Below, piece after piece: positions 1 to 10,020 of a stretch of DNA of 44,198 nucleotides; position 1 is the first letter of the stretch; each line of letters opens with the position of its first letter. Both the position numbers and the translations under genes were made by a program. The notes below the pieces were generated by a model. That model was not told the origin of the DNA. It made no database searches and saw only the letters and a list, made by a program, of their open reading frames with translations. This DNA comes from a virus (Duplodnaviria > Heunggongvirae > Uroviricota > Caudoviricetes), in IMG/VR virus record IMGVR_UViG_3300005527_000046, positions 64,001 to 108,198 of that record. One strand, written 5' to 3'.

Positions 1-648
1 ATCAATAACAATAATAGCTTTATCTCTAATAATTACTCTATAAAATGTTAACTCAGTAGTTATTTGAGTATGATATGGAAAGTATGTTTTATTCCCATTT
101 ATATAAGCTACTCCAGGACTAACACAGCCATTTTTAAATACTAATCCCCAACTAATAAAGTTGCCATATATCTCAAATAATTGCTGCTTAATATAGTCTT
201 TGCTTCTATTACTAATTAAAAACTTATAACTTCCATTTATCACTTGTATTAAAGGATAACCTTCTTGTGTGTTAAAAGTATAAGAAGCTATATATTTATT
301 ATCTTGTTCTGTTATATCAATCTTTATATAAACTATATAAGAGGTTAATATACTTTCTATTGTGGTTTGCTCAGTTTCTATAATAATAGGAAAATTATTT
401 AGTAATATTCTTGAGCTACTAAGTGTTATTAAATTAGATTCAATATTAATAACCTTTAATCCACAAAGCACTTCATAATCATTAAAATTACATTTAGTAT
501 AATTATGAATAGGATTAATAATTATGTCTTGTGCATCTTCAAATTCTGTTGCTTGTGGAGGTCTTTCTCTAGAAGCAACAGGAAGAAGCTTTAAGTAGTA
601 GGGATTATATCTACTACTTTTAAAGTTATATAAATTGAGGATTGACAT
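1..648 (-). CDS. Partial structural protein (runs off the left edge); degenerate paralogue of the N-terminal domain of the adjacent 1346-aa protein
   Basis: Hand translation: ATG at 648 and 216 open codons (MSILNLYNFKSSRYNPYYLKLLPVASRERPPQATEFEDAQDII...YGNFISWG...VSPGVAYING). RPPQATEFEDAQDII parallels RPIQSRELLELQGIL in the neighbour. Overlaps the neighbour's stop by 23 bp. Confidence 0.75.
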   Translation of the reverse strand, partial: MSILNLYNFKSSRYNPYYLKLLPVASRERPPQATEFEDAQDIIINPIHNYTKCNFNDYEVLCGLKVINIESNLITLSSSRILLNNFPIIIETEQTTIESILTSYIVYIKIDITEQDNKYIASYTFNTQEGYPLIQVINGSYKFLISNRSKDYIKQQLFEIYGNFISWGLVFKNGCVSPGVAYINGNKTYFPYHTQITTELTFYRVIIRDKAIIVID

Positions 649-3600
649 AAATGTATTTTATAGTTACTGGTTTTGTTGAGTCATTAGTTACTAAGTCTAT
701 TCTATACTTAGAGCCTACTGCTGCTACATCATAAGATACTGTATAAATAGCTTCATAAAGACTAATGTTTTCATCTACTAAAGATGATGTTGTTCTAATA
801 CATGGCTTCCAAGTTTCACTAGTAGATTGTTGTGAGTGATAAACTAAGATTGAAGAGTCAACTGTTTTTATATATCCAATCTTTATACTTACAGTAGAAT
901 AGTTATTACCATGTTGTATATACTTAGAGACTAATGTACTTGTATTATTATTTGAATATAAACTAATAGAAGAACCTTTTAATAATAGTAAAGGACTTAT
1001 ATCTAAAGAACTACTATATAAAGTTGCTCTAATTGAAATCTGATTTGAAGCAAAGTCTAACTGAGTATTTCTATTAGTAATAAACTCTTTCCAAATACCA
1101 TCTTCTGTAGCATATTCATATGTTATAGAAGTCAAAGGAGGTATTATATCTCTGGTATTTAATGCAAATGATGTAACTAAATTTACAGTATATGTGCCTA
1201 GATTTACTGTCTTTGTTTGAGATGTAAAGGTGTCTTTATATATGTTATAAGTTAAATCATAGTCTGTAAGTTGTAAGGTATTTATACCATCTTTAGATAT
1301 ATATAAACTACCTTGACTAAACAATTGATTACCATAATAACTTCCAGTATTTAAGTCTGGCTCATTTATCTTAGCAATAGAAAATGAGAAGCCTGCTTGA
1401 GGAGATTTTATAGCAATAATATATTCTTTATCCTTTTCTACTAAAGCGGGATTTAAGAACTTTACATTTACTTTATCACTTACAAATGTTGTTGTTTCAC
1501 CATAGCTAATAATGTTTCTATTATCATCTAATAATAATACTGTTAGTTCAGATGAGACAGATGGTGTAATAGAAGTAAATAAATCAACACTATTTAATAA
1601 ATAATAGTTAGAAGATGTAAAAGTTTGTTCTATATTATATTGAGAAGGTTCTTCTAATAAATAAGGAGGAATAATTGCAGTATTAACATCCTTATTTGTT
1701 GCATCAAATACTACATGATTTAATAAGTTGTTATATATACTAAACTTACTTTTTATATTGTAGTTTAGATTTCTTACTTCTATTGTATGTGTTCCAGTTG
1801 TTATAGTGTTTGGTAATAAAACTCTTACAACTGCTTTACCAGAACTATTAGATTTAAAGCTATTTACTAATGTCCCGGCTAAAGTACCACTAAGTAAAAC
1901 TAAGTTTGTCTGAACAAGAATATTATCTATATATATTTTGTAGTTAGTTGATGTAGGATCTAAGTCAGTTAAGTAAAGATCTATTGATAAACCATTTAAG
2001 ATTGTTACATTATTAGATATATAATTTTCTGATTCTTGATCATAAGAATTAGAGTTAAATGCATTATTTATTTGAAGAGCTTCTTCTAAGTCATTACTAA
2101 GAATTCCAAAGAGGCTTTGGTTGTTTATATCAATTCTATTTAATATTTTACTTGAGGTTCCTATAATTGAGCTTGAAGGATTAATCTTAGCTTTGTTTTC
2201 ATTGAAGAATAAAGAATAAGAGCTTAGTCTTAATATTGGCTTGTATGTTGAAGGTGTTAGAACTTTATATTCTGTAACTCTTTCTTGTTCAATATATTTA
2301 GTAGGAAGATTAGCTGTAGGCAAACTAACATAGTTATCTAATATATATCTATAAGGCTCAGTTGTATTTAAACTGACTTCTCTATAAGAACATCCGTTAG
2401 TTATACTTTGTTTATTAGGACATAATGAGGCTGTGTATGAAGTATTCTCAACATCTTGATTGTTATAAGTCAAGAAGTTATCTGATATTAATTCAGGCTT
2501 ATCTTCAAGGGCAAAGACTGCTTCAGTTAGCCTTCTAGATAAGTTATATAAGTCTTTATTTGTAAATCTATTTAGTCCTAAAGATTGAAATATTGAATTA
2601 CCAATTTGTAATTTAAAAGTGGCTAATGCTAATAAATACTCAGGAATAGAAGGAACTGGTGGATTAATACCTGCACTAGACAATACATAATCTATGTTAC
2701 CATTCTTATCTAAAGTTATTACTCCAGTCTTAGTTTGAAAGTATGAATAATCTACGCTAAAGCTTTGTCCAATTGCAGGAGTTCTATTTATAAACTTAAT
2801 AGAATCATTTTGTAATGTGTAATCTACATTGTTTGTTAATAAAGAAGAATATAAGTATGTAACAAAGTATGTTGTTCCTGGTTCAGGCTCATTTGTAGAT
2901 GGTAAAGACCAATCAATTTGACTTTGATTAGTTAATCTATAATCAACACCTTCAATATAACTTGTCAAGTTTTGACCAACAGATATTATTTTAGATATTG
3001 TTGCTTGTCCTAAATTATCGACTGTTCCTGGAACTGCTCCTCTAATTATTGGTTTACTATTACTTATTAATGTTGCATTTAATCTGTTAACACTTGATAC
3101 AGGTGTAAAGCCTAGTTTATATGTGTTTAAGGATGATGATGAAGTGTTTGTCAAAACTTTAGTTATAGTTAAGCCTTCTCCTGCTCCTATAATTGTATTG
3201 TTAATATCTCTCTTTAATAAAGAAATATTAATGTTTGGCACACTAGAAGAATTTCTAAGGGTTATAAATTTAAAAGTTATTGTGGTGCTATTAGTAAGAA
3301 TTATCTCATAGTTTTGTTTTATAACAGAGAGTAAGTCATTATTGTTTAAAGATAAAGTAGTACAACTTAATGTGCTAGAAGTAATAGTATTGTTAAACTC
3401 ATTAACAATAAACAAGACAATATCAGAGATAGTTGTAATAGTTAAAGGTATACTAATGTCTACTTGTATAACATGTTCAACACCATTGAAAACTACATTG
3501 GCAATTAATAGTCTTACTAAAGGTCTACTACTAATAAAAGCAGGTAATGTTAAGTTACTTAATTGATATGAAACATATGAGGAGGTTCCATCATATGTAA

Positions 3601-4666
3601 AAGTAGCATTATATATTTGTGATACAGGTAGATTTTTTTGAATAGTAAGTAAAGTGTTATCTGTTTTTACTATTCTATTTCCTTCAACATAACCTATTCC
3701 AGAAGATACTGATATTGTTTCAATATTAATTTGAGTATTTCTTTCAACATTAATATCTTGTTGAATAAGTAAATTACTTTGTTCAATTGGTGTTAGTTTA
3801 TTCTTTAACTCTAATATTGAATTAGTATTTTGTTGTATTAAAGCTTCAGTTGAAACAATTAAAGAAGCTAAAGCTTGTGTATATTGAAGTACAATTTGTT
3901 GTTTATAGTCAACTAATAGATTATTTAATCTATTATTAGTTTCAGTTAATGATTGAATTTCTCCATTTATACTATTGATATTATTTGTTAGCGTCTCTTG
4001 TTCTGTTAATAAACTAGTTAGGTTGTTTGTATTTGAAGTACCTGTTGCAGAGTTAATGGAAGTTACATTAAAACCTTTAATAATAAAATTACCTTCAGCA
4101 TCATATATATAGTCTGCTAATAGTTGTTTGTTTGGATCAACTGGCTGAATTTTTATAATTTTATTATTTTCAATTCTTGCAATAGGATACATTGAAGATT
4201 CATTTACTGCTATAGAACCAACCCATCTCAGTCTATAGGCTCCTGCTGCACCCCAAAGTTCACCACCTTTTTCTGGATCATTTAAGGAGGCATCTTCTAA
4301 TTCTGTAATTATTTGTTCATTTATTAAAATTCCCACTGTTGCTGCTTTATCTACAACAGTAAAAGTAGAATTTGGAATCTCTATAAAGTTACCTTCAATA
4401 TAAACAACACCCTTTGTACATGCAAAGGATCTAACACCAGAAGGATATTGAAGGTTTAAAGTTATATCTAAACCAGAAACAACTGTGCCATTTTTATATA
4501 TTGTATCTAATACTTTTTTGCTGTTAGATTGTAATATTCCTTGTAACTCTAATAATTCTCTGGATTGAATAGGCCTATCATTGTTGAATAATAGTTTAAT
4601 CCAGTCCTCTTTATAAGTGTCTGGAAAATCATTTTTATATGTATTTGGTTTCATTTTATAACTCAA
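626..4666 (-). CDS. Large baseplate/structural protein, DUF4815-like, with a coiled-coil insertion
   Basis: 1346 aa. N-terminal RPIQSRELLELQGIL motif, VSSGIGYVEG, Y(I)EGVDYRL/VDYTL beta-repeats. Lies at the end of the baseplate cluster. Confidence 0.65.
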   Translation of the reverse strand: MSYKMKPNTYKNDFPDTYKEDWIKLLFNNDRPIQSRELLELQGILQSNSKKVLDTIYKNGTVVSGLDITLNLQYPSGVRSFACTKGVVYIEGNFIEIPNSTFTVVDKAATVGILINEQIITELEDASLNDPEKGGELWGAAGAYRLRWVGSIAVNESSMYPIARIENNKIIKIQPVDPNKQLLADYIYDAEGNFIIKGFNVTSINSATGTSNTNNLTSLLTEQETLTNNINSINGEIQSLTETNNRLNNLLVDYKQQIVLQYTQALASLIVSTEALIQQNTNSILELKNKLTPIEQSNLLIQQDINVERNTQINIETISVSSGIGYVEGNRIVKTDNTLLTIQKNLPVSQIYNATFTYDGTSSYVSYQLSNLTLPAFISSRPLVRLLIANVVFNGVEHVIQVDISIPLTITTISDIVLFIVNEFNNTITSSTLSCTTLSLNNNDLLSVIKQNYEIILTNSTTITFKFITLRNSSSVPNINISLLKRDINNTIIGAGEGLTITKVLTNTSSSSLNTYKLGFTPVSSVNRLNATLISNSKPIIRGAVPGTVDNLGQATISKIISVGQNLTSYIEGVDYRLTNQSQIDWSLPSTNEPEPGTTYFVTYLYSSLLTNNVDYTLQNDSIKFINRTPAIGQSFSVDYSYFQTKTGVITLDKNGNIDYVLSSAGINPPVPSIPEYLLALATFKLQIGNSIFQSLGLNRFTNKDLYNLSRRLTEAVFALEDKPELISDNFLTYNNQDVENTSYTASLCPNKQSITNGCSYREVSLNTTEPYRYILDNYVSLPTANLPTKYIEQERVTEYKVLTPSTYKPILRLSSYSLFFNENKAKINPSSSIIGTSSKILNRIDINNQSLFGILSNDLEEALQINNAFNSNSYDQESENYISNNVTILNGLSIDLYLTDLDPTSTNYKIYIDNILVQTNLVLLSGTLAGTLVNSFKSNSSGKAVVRVLLPNTITTGTHTIEVRNLNYNIKSKFSIYNNLLNHVVFDATNKDVNTAIIPPYLLEEPSQYNIEQTFTSSNYYLLNSVDLFTSITPSVSSELTVLLLDDNRNIISYGETTTFVSDKVNVKFLNPALVEKDKEYIIAIKSPQAGFSFSIAKINEPDLNTGSYYGNQLFSQGSLYISKDGINTLQLTDYDLTYNIYKDTFTSQTKTVNLGTYTVNLVTSFALNTRDIIPPLTSITYEYATEDGIWKEFITNRNTQLDFASNQISIRATLYSSSLDISPLLLLKGSSISLYSNNNTSTLVSKYIQHGNNYSTVSIKIGYIKTVDSSILVYHSQQSTSETWKPCIRTTSSLVDENISLYEAIYTVSYDVAAVGSKYRIDLVTNDSTKPVTIKYIYVNPQFI

Positions 4667-5189
4667 TAAGTTGTTTTATTAGATGTCTTTGATTATCTTC
4701 TCTGGTAATTCTTGTGTGATTAGTACTTAAATATACTTCTCCTTTGTTTAGCATATCCTCTGGTTTAAATAGTGGTTTATTTAATGTGGGAGCTTCTGCT
4801 CCAATAACAATAGAAGATGTTCTAAAGTAAGCACAAGTGTAGTCTAAATATCTTATATCTCCTTCTATATAAATATAGTTTGCATTTGATGCAACTAAAT
4901 CAGAATTATTTGGATCTATTAAATAATACTTTTCATTGCTTAATATTTGACTTCCACATGATATACCACCACAATTTGTTTTTGTTGCTAACATGATAAG
5001 TCTTGGTCGCTTATATATAATGACTTCATCTGTTGAGGTAAACTCTGTTACATCAGGGGGTTGTGTTTCATTTTCCCATTCAGTATATTTACCTATTGTT
5101 ATAAAACAACTTTGTTTTAAATATTCTACTATTCCTTTTAGAAATAAAGCTCTTCCTTTATTTAGTCTATTAAACTTAAAAACTTGCAT
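4656..5189 (-). CDS. Baseplate wedge protein (T4 gp8-like N-terminal region)
   Basis: FITIGKYTEWENETQPP...YIYIEGDI...FRTSSIVIG pattern. The likely start is ATG at 5189 in a TAATG overlap with the upstream stop (MQVFKF...), not 5231. Confidence 0.55.
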   Translation of the reverse strand: MQVFKFNRLNKGRALFLKGIVEYLKQSCFITIGKYTEWENETQPPDVTEFTSTDEVIIYKRPRLIMLATKTNCGGISCGSQILSNEKYYLIDPNNSDLVASNANYIYIEGDIRYLDYTCAYFRTSSIVIGAEAPTLNKPLFKPEDMLNKGEVYLSTNHTRITREDNQRHLIKQLIEL

Positions 5190-6241
5190 TAACCTACCTC
5201 TTCTATTTCTTTTATTATTTGAACTGCACATTTACTACTAGATATAATAGAATTGCTTCTAGGGCCATCATATAAAGTTGTTAGAGGACCACTAACAAAT
5301 ATGTTAGTATCTAACAACCTAAAGTTTCTATTTATATCTGTTTGCTTTATATTTAAAATATTTATAGGCGTGACTCCTACTCTAGACACAAATCTATTAT
5401 CATATTTATTAATTATTTCTGTAACATTAATGTTCTTATATATTGGTATATCTAATAGTAAATGTTGATTGTTTGGTGTTATAGAAGGCCCCCAAGATTT
5501 TACACTGTCTATGTATCTTTGTTTTGATACTGTAGAAACTAATGTTGAACAGTATGGACCTAAAGCTGTTCTTGCTTTCCATAAACTATAATCAGGTATA
5601 GGATATTGATTTATTTTTGCATCTTTTGTTATATATAAACCAACTCTTACCCCTTTATTATATAAATAACTAGCAATATCATATGCTCCTTGTCCACTAC
5701 CAATGATCAATAAAGATTTATATTCATTTTCTATTAAATCTTTGTTATCTATCCTTTTATATTTTAATAAGTTAGACGGAACCTGTTTTTCTTTACTACC
5801 TAATGCAAGTATTAAATAATCAAATTTAATATCACCGCTTTGAGTATGTGCTGTACTATTATCTATACTAAGTAAATTAGTATATATAAACTGTACATTG
5901 TTATCCTGTAACTTCTTCTTTATCCAACATATATAATTATAGAACTCAGCTCTATTTACTCTTCTACTATCTTTTTCTATGTCTCTTTGAGTGGTGAAAA
6001 ATATATCCTCTTTATATAAAAAGGTGCTTAAAGACCAATCTCTTTTTGTTAAGCTATATGTCACTAAGTCAAAAGATACAGGAGATCTAAGTTCAAAGTT
6101 AGCTACTGTTGACAAAGAGTTCCAAGAGTCAGTTGGAGCAGAATCAATAATATAGATTGAACTAAACTTACCTATAGCTTCTATTGCACAGGCTAAGCCT
6201 CTAGGTCCACCACCAGCTATTAATAATGTTTTATGCAACAT
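5189..6241 (-). CDS. FAD/NAD(P)H-dependent oxidoreductase, lysine/ornithine N-monooxygenase-like
   Basis: FAD motif IAGGGPRGLA, ELRSP, YLILALG, second dinucleotide motif IIGSGQGA (compare GxGQSA of IucD/PvdA-type enzymes), C-terminal FVSGPL..L.DGP. Confidence 0.75.
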   Translation of the reverse strand: MLHKTLLIAGGGPRGLACAIEAIGKFSSIYIIDSAPTDSWNSLSTVANFELRSPVSFDLVTYSLTKRDWSLSTFLYKEDIFFTTQRDIEKDSRRVNRAEFYNYICWIKKKLQDNNVQFIYTNLLSIDNSTAHTQSGDIKFDYLILALGSKEKQVPSNLLKYKRIDNKDLIENEYKSLLIIGSGQGAYDIASYLYNKGVRVGLYITKDAKINQYPIPDYSLWKARTALGPYCSTLVSTVSKQRYIDSVKSWGPSITPNNQHLLLDIPIYKNINVTEIINKYDNRFVSRVGVTPINILNIKQTDINRNFRLLDTNIFVSGPLTTLYDGPRSNSIISSSKCAVQIIKEIEEVG

Positions 6242-7853
6242 AAGGTTTAAACCATAATGTAGTTGTGTTTAACGCTACTCCAACAACAATAGAACTAGGA
6301 GTTGTTGATATAACAGAGCCACCAGTTAAATAATATATAGTTCCAGCTACTAAGTCTGTTAATCCATCTACTGTATTTCCACTTAAATAGATCTTACCTG
6401 CACTAAAGAAACCTAAAAAGTTAATAAGAGGACTAGTACTATCAGTAAGATTAGCTAAACTCCAGGTATTAACTCCAGATACTTTAAACACCTCTCCATT
6501 AGAAGGAATATGAGAACCAAAAGATTGTTGAACTAAATACCTAGTAGATAAGTTATTTGGGGTTCCAGTTATATAATCTGTTCCTCTATATACTAATAAA
6601 GACTCTTGTTCAGGTTGAATTGGACTAATTGGAAAAACAATAGGAATGTTGTTTATTTTGTTAGCATTCCATCTATTATTATTATTTAATATATTTATAG
6701 TTAGATTGTCTGAGTTATTAGTAATTGTAGCAACATTACTATCTGCAGCATTTATAACTTTTAATGTAGTAAGACTTCCTACTTGTGAAGATATTAAAGT
6801 ATTTGTTGAATTAGTTGAATTTAATGATGTAGTACTGTTTCCTCTTATAACTATTTCATTTGCGTTTAGATTCTCAACAATTAAACCATTTTGACCAACT
6901 AATGTCTTAAACTCATGTCTGTCTATTGAAGAGTTAAATCCCTTATAGGTAGTAGTTCCAGAACCCACATTTCCTAAGTCATTGCCAGCATTTGTTGATA
7001 AAGTTAAACTGTCTTCAGTGTCTAAAATTAATATTCCATCTCCAGGAATTAATGTTTTTAATTCTCCTGAGTTATTTAATATCTTACTTCCAATCCCATC
7101 TGTATTAGTAACTCCACTAGCTTCTGAGCCTAAAGAAGCTATGATTATTTCAGATGCAGATTCATTAATCAGTACATTTGCTCCAGCTTTTATAGATTTG
7201 AATCTCAGAGTTGAAGCTACATTGTTTACATATATTCTTCCTGCTCCTGTTCCTATGTTTTGGCCTGTAGCTAAAGAACCTCCTCCAGTACTGTTAATGG
7301 TTATTTGATTAGGATTTGATGTATCAAATGATATATTATTACCAGCAACTAATGTTTTAAACTCAAAGTTGCTGCCAGTTTTTTGTTTAAATACTGTCAC
7401 TCCTGAACCTAGATTAGAAGCTGTATTTACTTCTCCAGGATTAATAAGATCTATTAAAACAGTGTCAGTGTTTGAGGTTATATTAACATTTGGACCACCT
7501 TCTAGGCTCTTAAAATTATATGAGGTTGTAAAGTTTTTATATAAGCCAGCTCCTGTTCCAACGTTAGCAACTACAAGTGGATTAGGAATTGTACTGTTTA
7601 ATGTAATATTAAAATAATTAGGATTAGTAGAAGTAGTAAATGTTATATTACTTCCAGCTATAAGATTTAAAGCTGGATAAGTTCCACTCAAAACATTATT
7701 TAGATATAACTTTGTTTTAGGTTCAACATAACTAAGTATTGTAGTTAAAGTTGTATTTTGTGTTTGATTTAATAGAGTATTTTCAAATGGAAATAAACTA
7801 TTTAAAGGTAGTGAGCTTGCTGTAGCTAACTCTGGTATTGTTATTTGTGCCAT
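6231..7853 (-). CDS. Tail fibre-like protein with about six 40-50 aa repeats
   Basis: N-terminal MAQITIPELATA fibre-anchor-type motif. Repeats of N.G.G...(F/L)K(S/T)L..G.N(V/I).I. C-terminal GLTDLVAGTIYYL...VGVALNTTTLWFKP. Confidence 0.6.
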   Translation of the reverse strand: MAQITIPELATASSLPLNSLFPFENTLLNQTQNTTLTTILSYVEPKTKLYLNNVLSGTYPALNLIAGSNITFTTSTNPNYFNITLNSTIPNPLVVANVGTGAGLYKNFTTSYNFKSLEGGPNVNITSNTDTVLIDLINPGEVNTASNLGSGVTVFKQKTGSNFEFKTLVAGNNISFDTSNPNQITINSTGGGSLATGQNIGTGAGRIYVNNVASTLRFKSIKAGANVLINESASEIIIASLGSEASGVTNTDGIGSKILNNSGELKTLIPGDGILILDTEDSLTLSTNAGNDLGNVGSGTTTYKGFNSSIDRHEFKTLVGQNGLIVENLNANEIVIRGNSTTSLNSTNSTNTLISSQVGSLTTLKVINAADSNVATITNNSDNLTINILNNNNRWNANKINNIPIVFPISPIQPEQESLLVYRGTDYITGTPNNLSTRYLVQQSFGSHIPSNGEVFKVSGVNTWSLANLTDSTSPLINFLGFFSAGKIYLSGNTVDGLTDLVAGTIYYLTGGSVISTTPSSIVVGVALNTTTLWFKPYVA

Positions 7854-7857
7854 TTAT

Positions 7858-10020
7858 TTATAATATAAAGTAGTCATTGATTGATGTTTCTTGTGTAACT
7901 GGGAAGGTGTTTTCTTGCAGTAAGATTGATTCTTCTGGAGGTGCCAAATCACATTGACCATCACTTAAGAGTATTAATTGTCCATTTATATCTACTTGAC
8001 ATCTATAGTCTTCTAATTTTGATATGTCAAAACAAAGATTAAAGTTAGATACTATTGGCATTTCTAAACTGCTAACTAAATTGGTTTCTATTCCTAAAGA
8101 CTTTACTTGATTATTTATATAACTTAGTATCTCAGTATCATAAAAACCTTTAACCTCTAAATCTATAGAATTACTATATCTTCCAGGCCATAAACTATTA
8201 GTAACTCTTTTGCCAAATGTTATTGTTTTCTCTAATAGTTCTTTTGTATTAGCAATTAAACTGTCTTTGTAAATGTTAGTTAGAGCCTGCTTTTCAATAT
8301 AAGTGTCTTGAATATATTTACTATGAAGATATAAATCTATTATTGGTTTTATAACACTTCTTATAATTAAATCTTGAGTGGGAGTTGTATCACTTAACCA
8401 ACCAAAGTCTATAGGTATATAACTCTTAAACTTAGTAAAAACTTCTTGTTTAAATAAAGATAAACTATTTAAAATATCTGTGTTTAATTGCTTTGTAGTT
8501 TCAAGATTTAACACATCAATAATTAACTTATTGTTTATAGATAAGCTGTGTTTTAAATTGCAGTTTATAAGTTTTAAAACTAAAAGATTGATTGAATTAT
8601 ATGTAATTAAAGTTGGCTGGTTTGTTAGATACAATACTTCAGTTGTATCTGTTATATATGTTATATCTTCTAATACATACTCTTTTATATTTATTGGTTT
8701 GTTATTAATATAACTACTTAATAAATCTCCAAATACTTTTGATGTTGTAGTTATTGTAGGATTATCTAAAGACTCAATATAAACATCATCTTTTATTTTA
8801 TATAACTTATCTATATTTTCTATTAACGTTGTAGCTATTGATAAATGATATACATCTTTTGTTATTTTATAAGTCTCTACTAAAGCTATAAGTTTTAATA
8901 CATCTTCTTTTAACGTGCTAGTTTTTAAGTTAATACATAATTCTATATATTCTAGTAACTTCGGTCTTAAAGAATCTTTATTTATTTTAGCTAGGCATAA
9001 TAACATTAGTATAGTAGTAATGTTATTACTAGACAGCTCCTTATATGTTGTTGTTGAATATACAGCAGGATTTATTATTATTTCTTCTAGTTCATCTAAT
9101 TCATGAGTAACTAAACTGTTGAATTCATATGGGGTTGTTACATTCTTTATATAGGAATAAGGATTAGAATTGCTAGTAGAAATACTATTAATAGTATTTA
9201 CTATTACATTTATTAATAACTCTTGTTCTTGTTTATATAATACTAATTCATTTTTATTCTTAATTTCTAAGCTAGTATATAATAAATAAACTATAGATAA
9301 TAATACTTCTTCAGTATTATTATTTAAGGATTGCCAAGGTAAATTTGTATTCCAATCTGATCTAAAAAACAAGGGATTACTTACAAATTTATAAGTGGTT
9401 ATTACTTGTTCAATGTCAAACTTTGTTATGGTAATACAAGGATTAAATCCTTCAGGAACTCCTTGATTCCAGATTATAATAGAATCAAGTAAACCTTTAT
9501 TTTTAATTATTATAATCTCCTCTCCTGTTTCTTCATGAATTAAACTTACATTATAAATATAAGAGTATCCATATCTATCTGAATTGGCTTTTACAAAATA
9601 ATAAGTATCTTCCTCTATTAATACACTCTTATTTGTTACTATTGCTTTTGTCCATATTCCATATTCCTCTACACAGCTTTCACCAATACAACCTTCTTCT
9701 ATATAATTAGGTTGCTGAATGAGATCTAAGTTGTTTAATGTAATTAATAATTGATGAGGGCTTTTAGAGAATGTTGGATATATTAAATTCTGCTTCTTTT
9801 GTAGTATTTCTATGGATTGTTGTTCGCTTTCTATTATTTCAGAACATATAGGATTGCAGTCCACATCAATACATTCAGCACCTAAACCATTTCCATTTAT
9901 TATTAGCTCAGCAGTAGCTTGAGAGGAAATAACATTATTTGCAGACCACCAAATGTTATTTCCTCCTTGATCTAGATAACTAAGAACATAGTTAAAATAG
10001 TTATTACTTTGATTTAACAT
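7858..10020 (-). CDS. Baseplate wedge protein (GpI/gp7-like position) with a large N-terminal extension
   Basis: 720 aa directly after baseplate J. C-terminal IPIDFGWLSD...VKSLGIETNL region. Ends in an LLQENTFP motif. The call rests mainly on synteny. Confidence 0.45.
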   Translation of the reverse strand: MLNQSNNYFNYVLSYLDQGGNNIWWSANNVISSQATAELIINGNGLGAECIDVDCNPICSEIIESEQQSIEILQKKQNLIYPTFSKSPHQLLITLNNLDLIQQPNYIEEGCIGESCVEEYGIWTKAIVTNKSVLIEEDTYYFVKANSDRYGYSYIYNVSLIHEETGEEIIIIKNKGLLDSIIIWNQGVPEGFNPCITITKFDIEQVITTYKFVSNPLFFRSDWNTNLPWQSLNNNTEEVLLSIVYLLYTSLEIKNKNELVLYKQEQELLINVIVNTINSISTSNSNPYSYIKNVTTPYEFNSLVTHELDELEEIIINPAVYSTTTYKELSSNNITTILMLLCLAKINKDSLRPKLLEYIELCINLKTSTLKEDVLKLIALVETYKITKDVYHLSIATTLIENIDKLYKIKDDVYIESLDNPTITTTSKVFGDLLSSYINNKPINIKEYVLEDITYITDTTEVLYLTNQPTLITYNSINLLVLKLINCNLKHSLSINNKLIIDVLNLETTKQLNTDILNSLSLFKQEVFTKFKSYIPIDFGWLSDTTPTQDLIIRSVIKPIIDLYLHSKYIQDTYIEKQALTNIYKDSLIANTKELLEKTITFGKRVTNSLWPGRYSNSIDLEVKGFYDTEILSYINNQVKSLGIETNLVSSLEMPIVSNFNLCFDISKLEDYRCQVDINGQLILLSDGQCDLAPPEESILLQENTFPVTQETSINDYFIL

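Noticed and set aside
5190-5231. N-terminal extension MCSSNNKRNRRGRL of the gp8-like ORF
   Set aside because: It overlaps the monooxygenase 3' end. The TAATG-coupled ATG at 5189 is the more plausible start.
6231-7853. Diversity-generating retroelement target in the fibre
   Set aside because: No reverse transcriptase and no near-identical template/variable repeat pair was seen. The repeats are old protein-level duplications.
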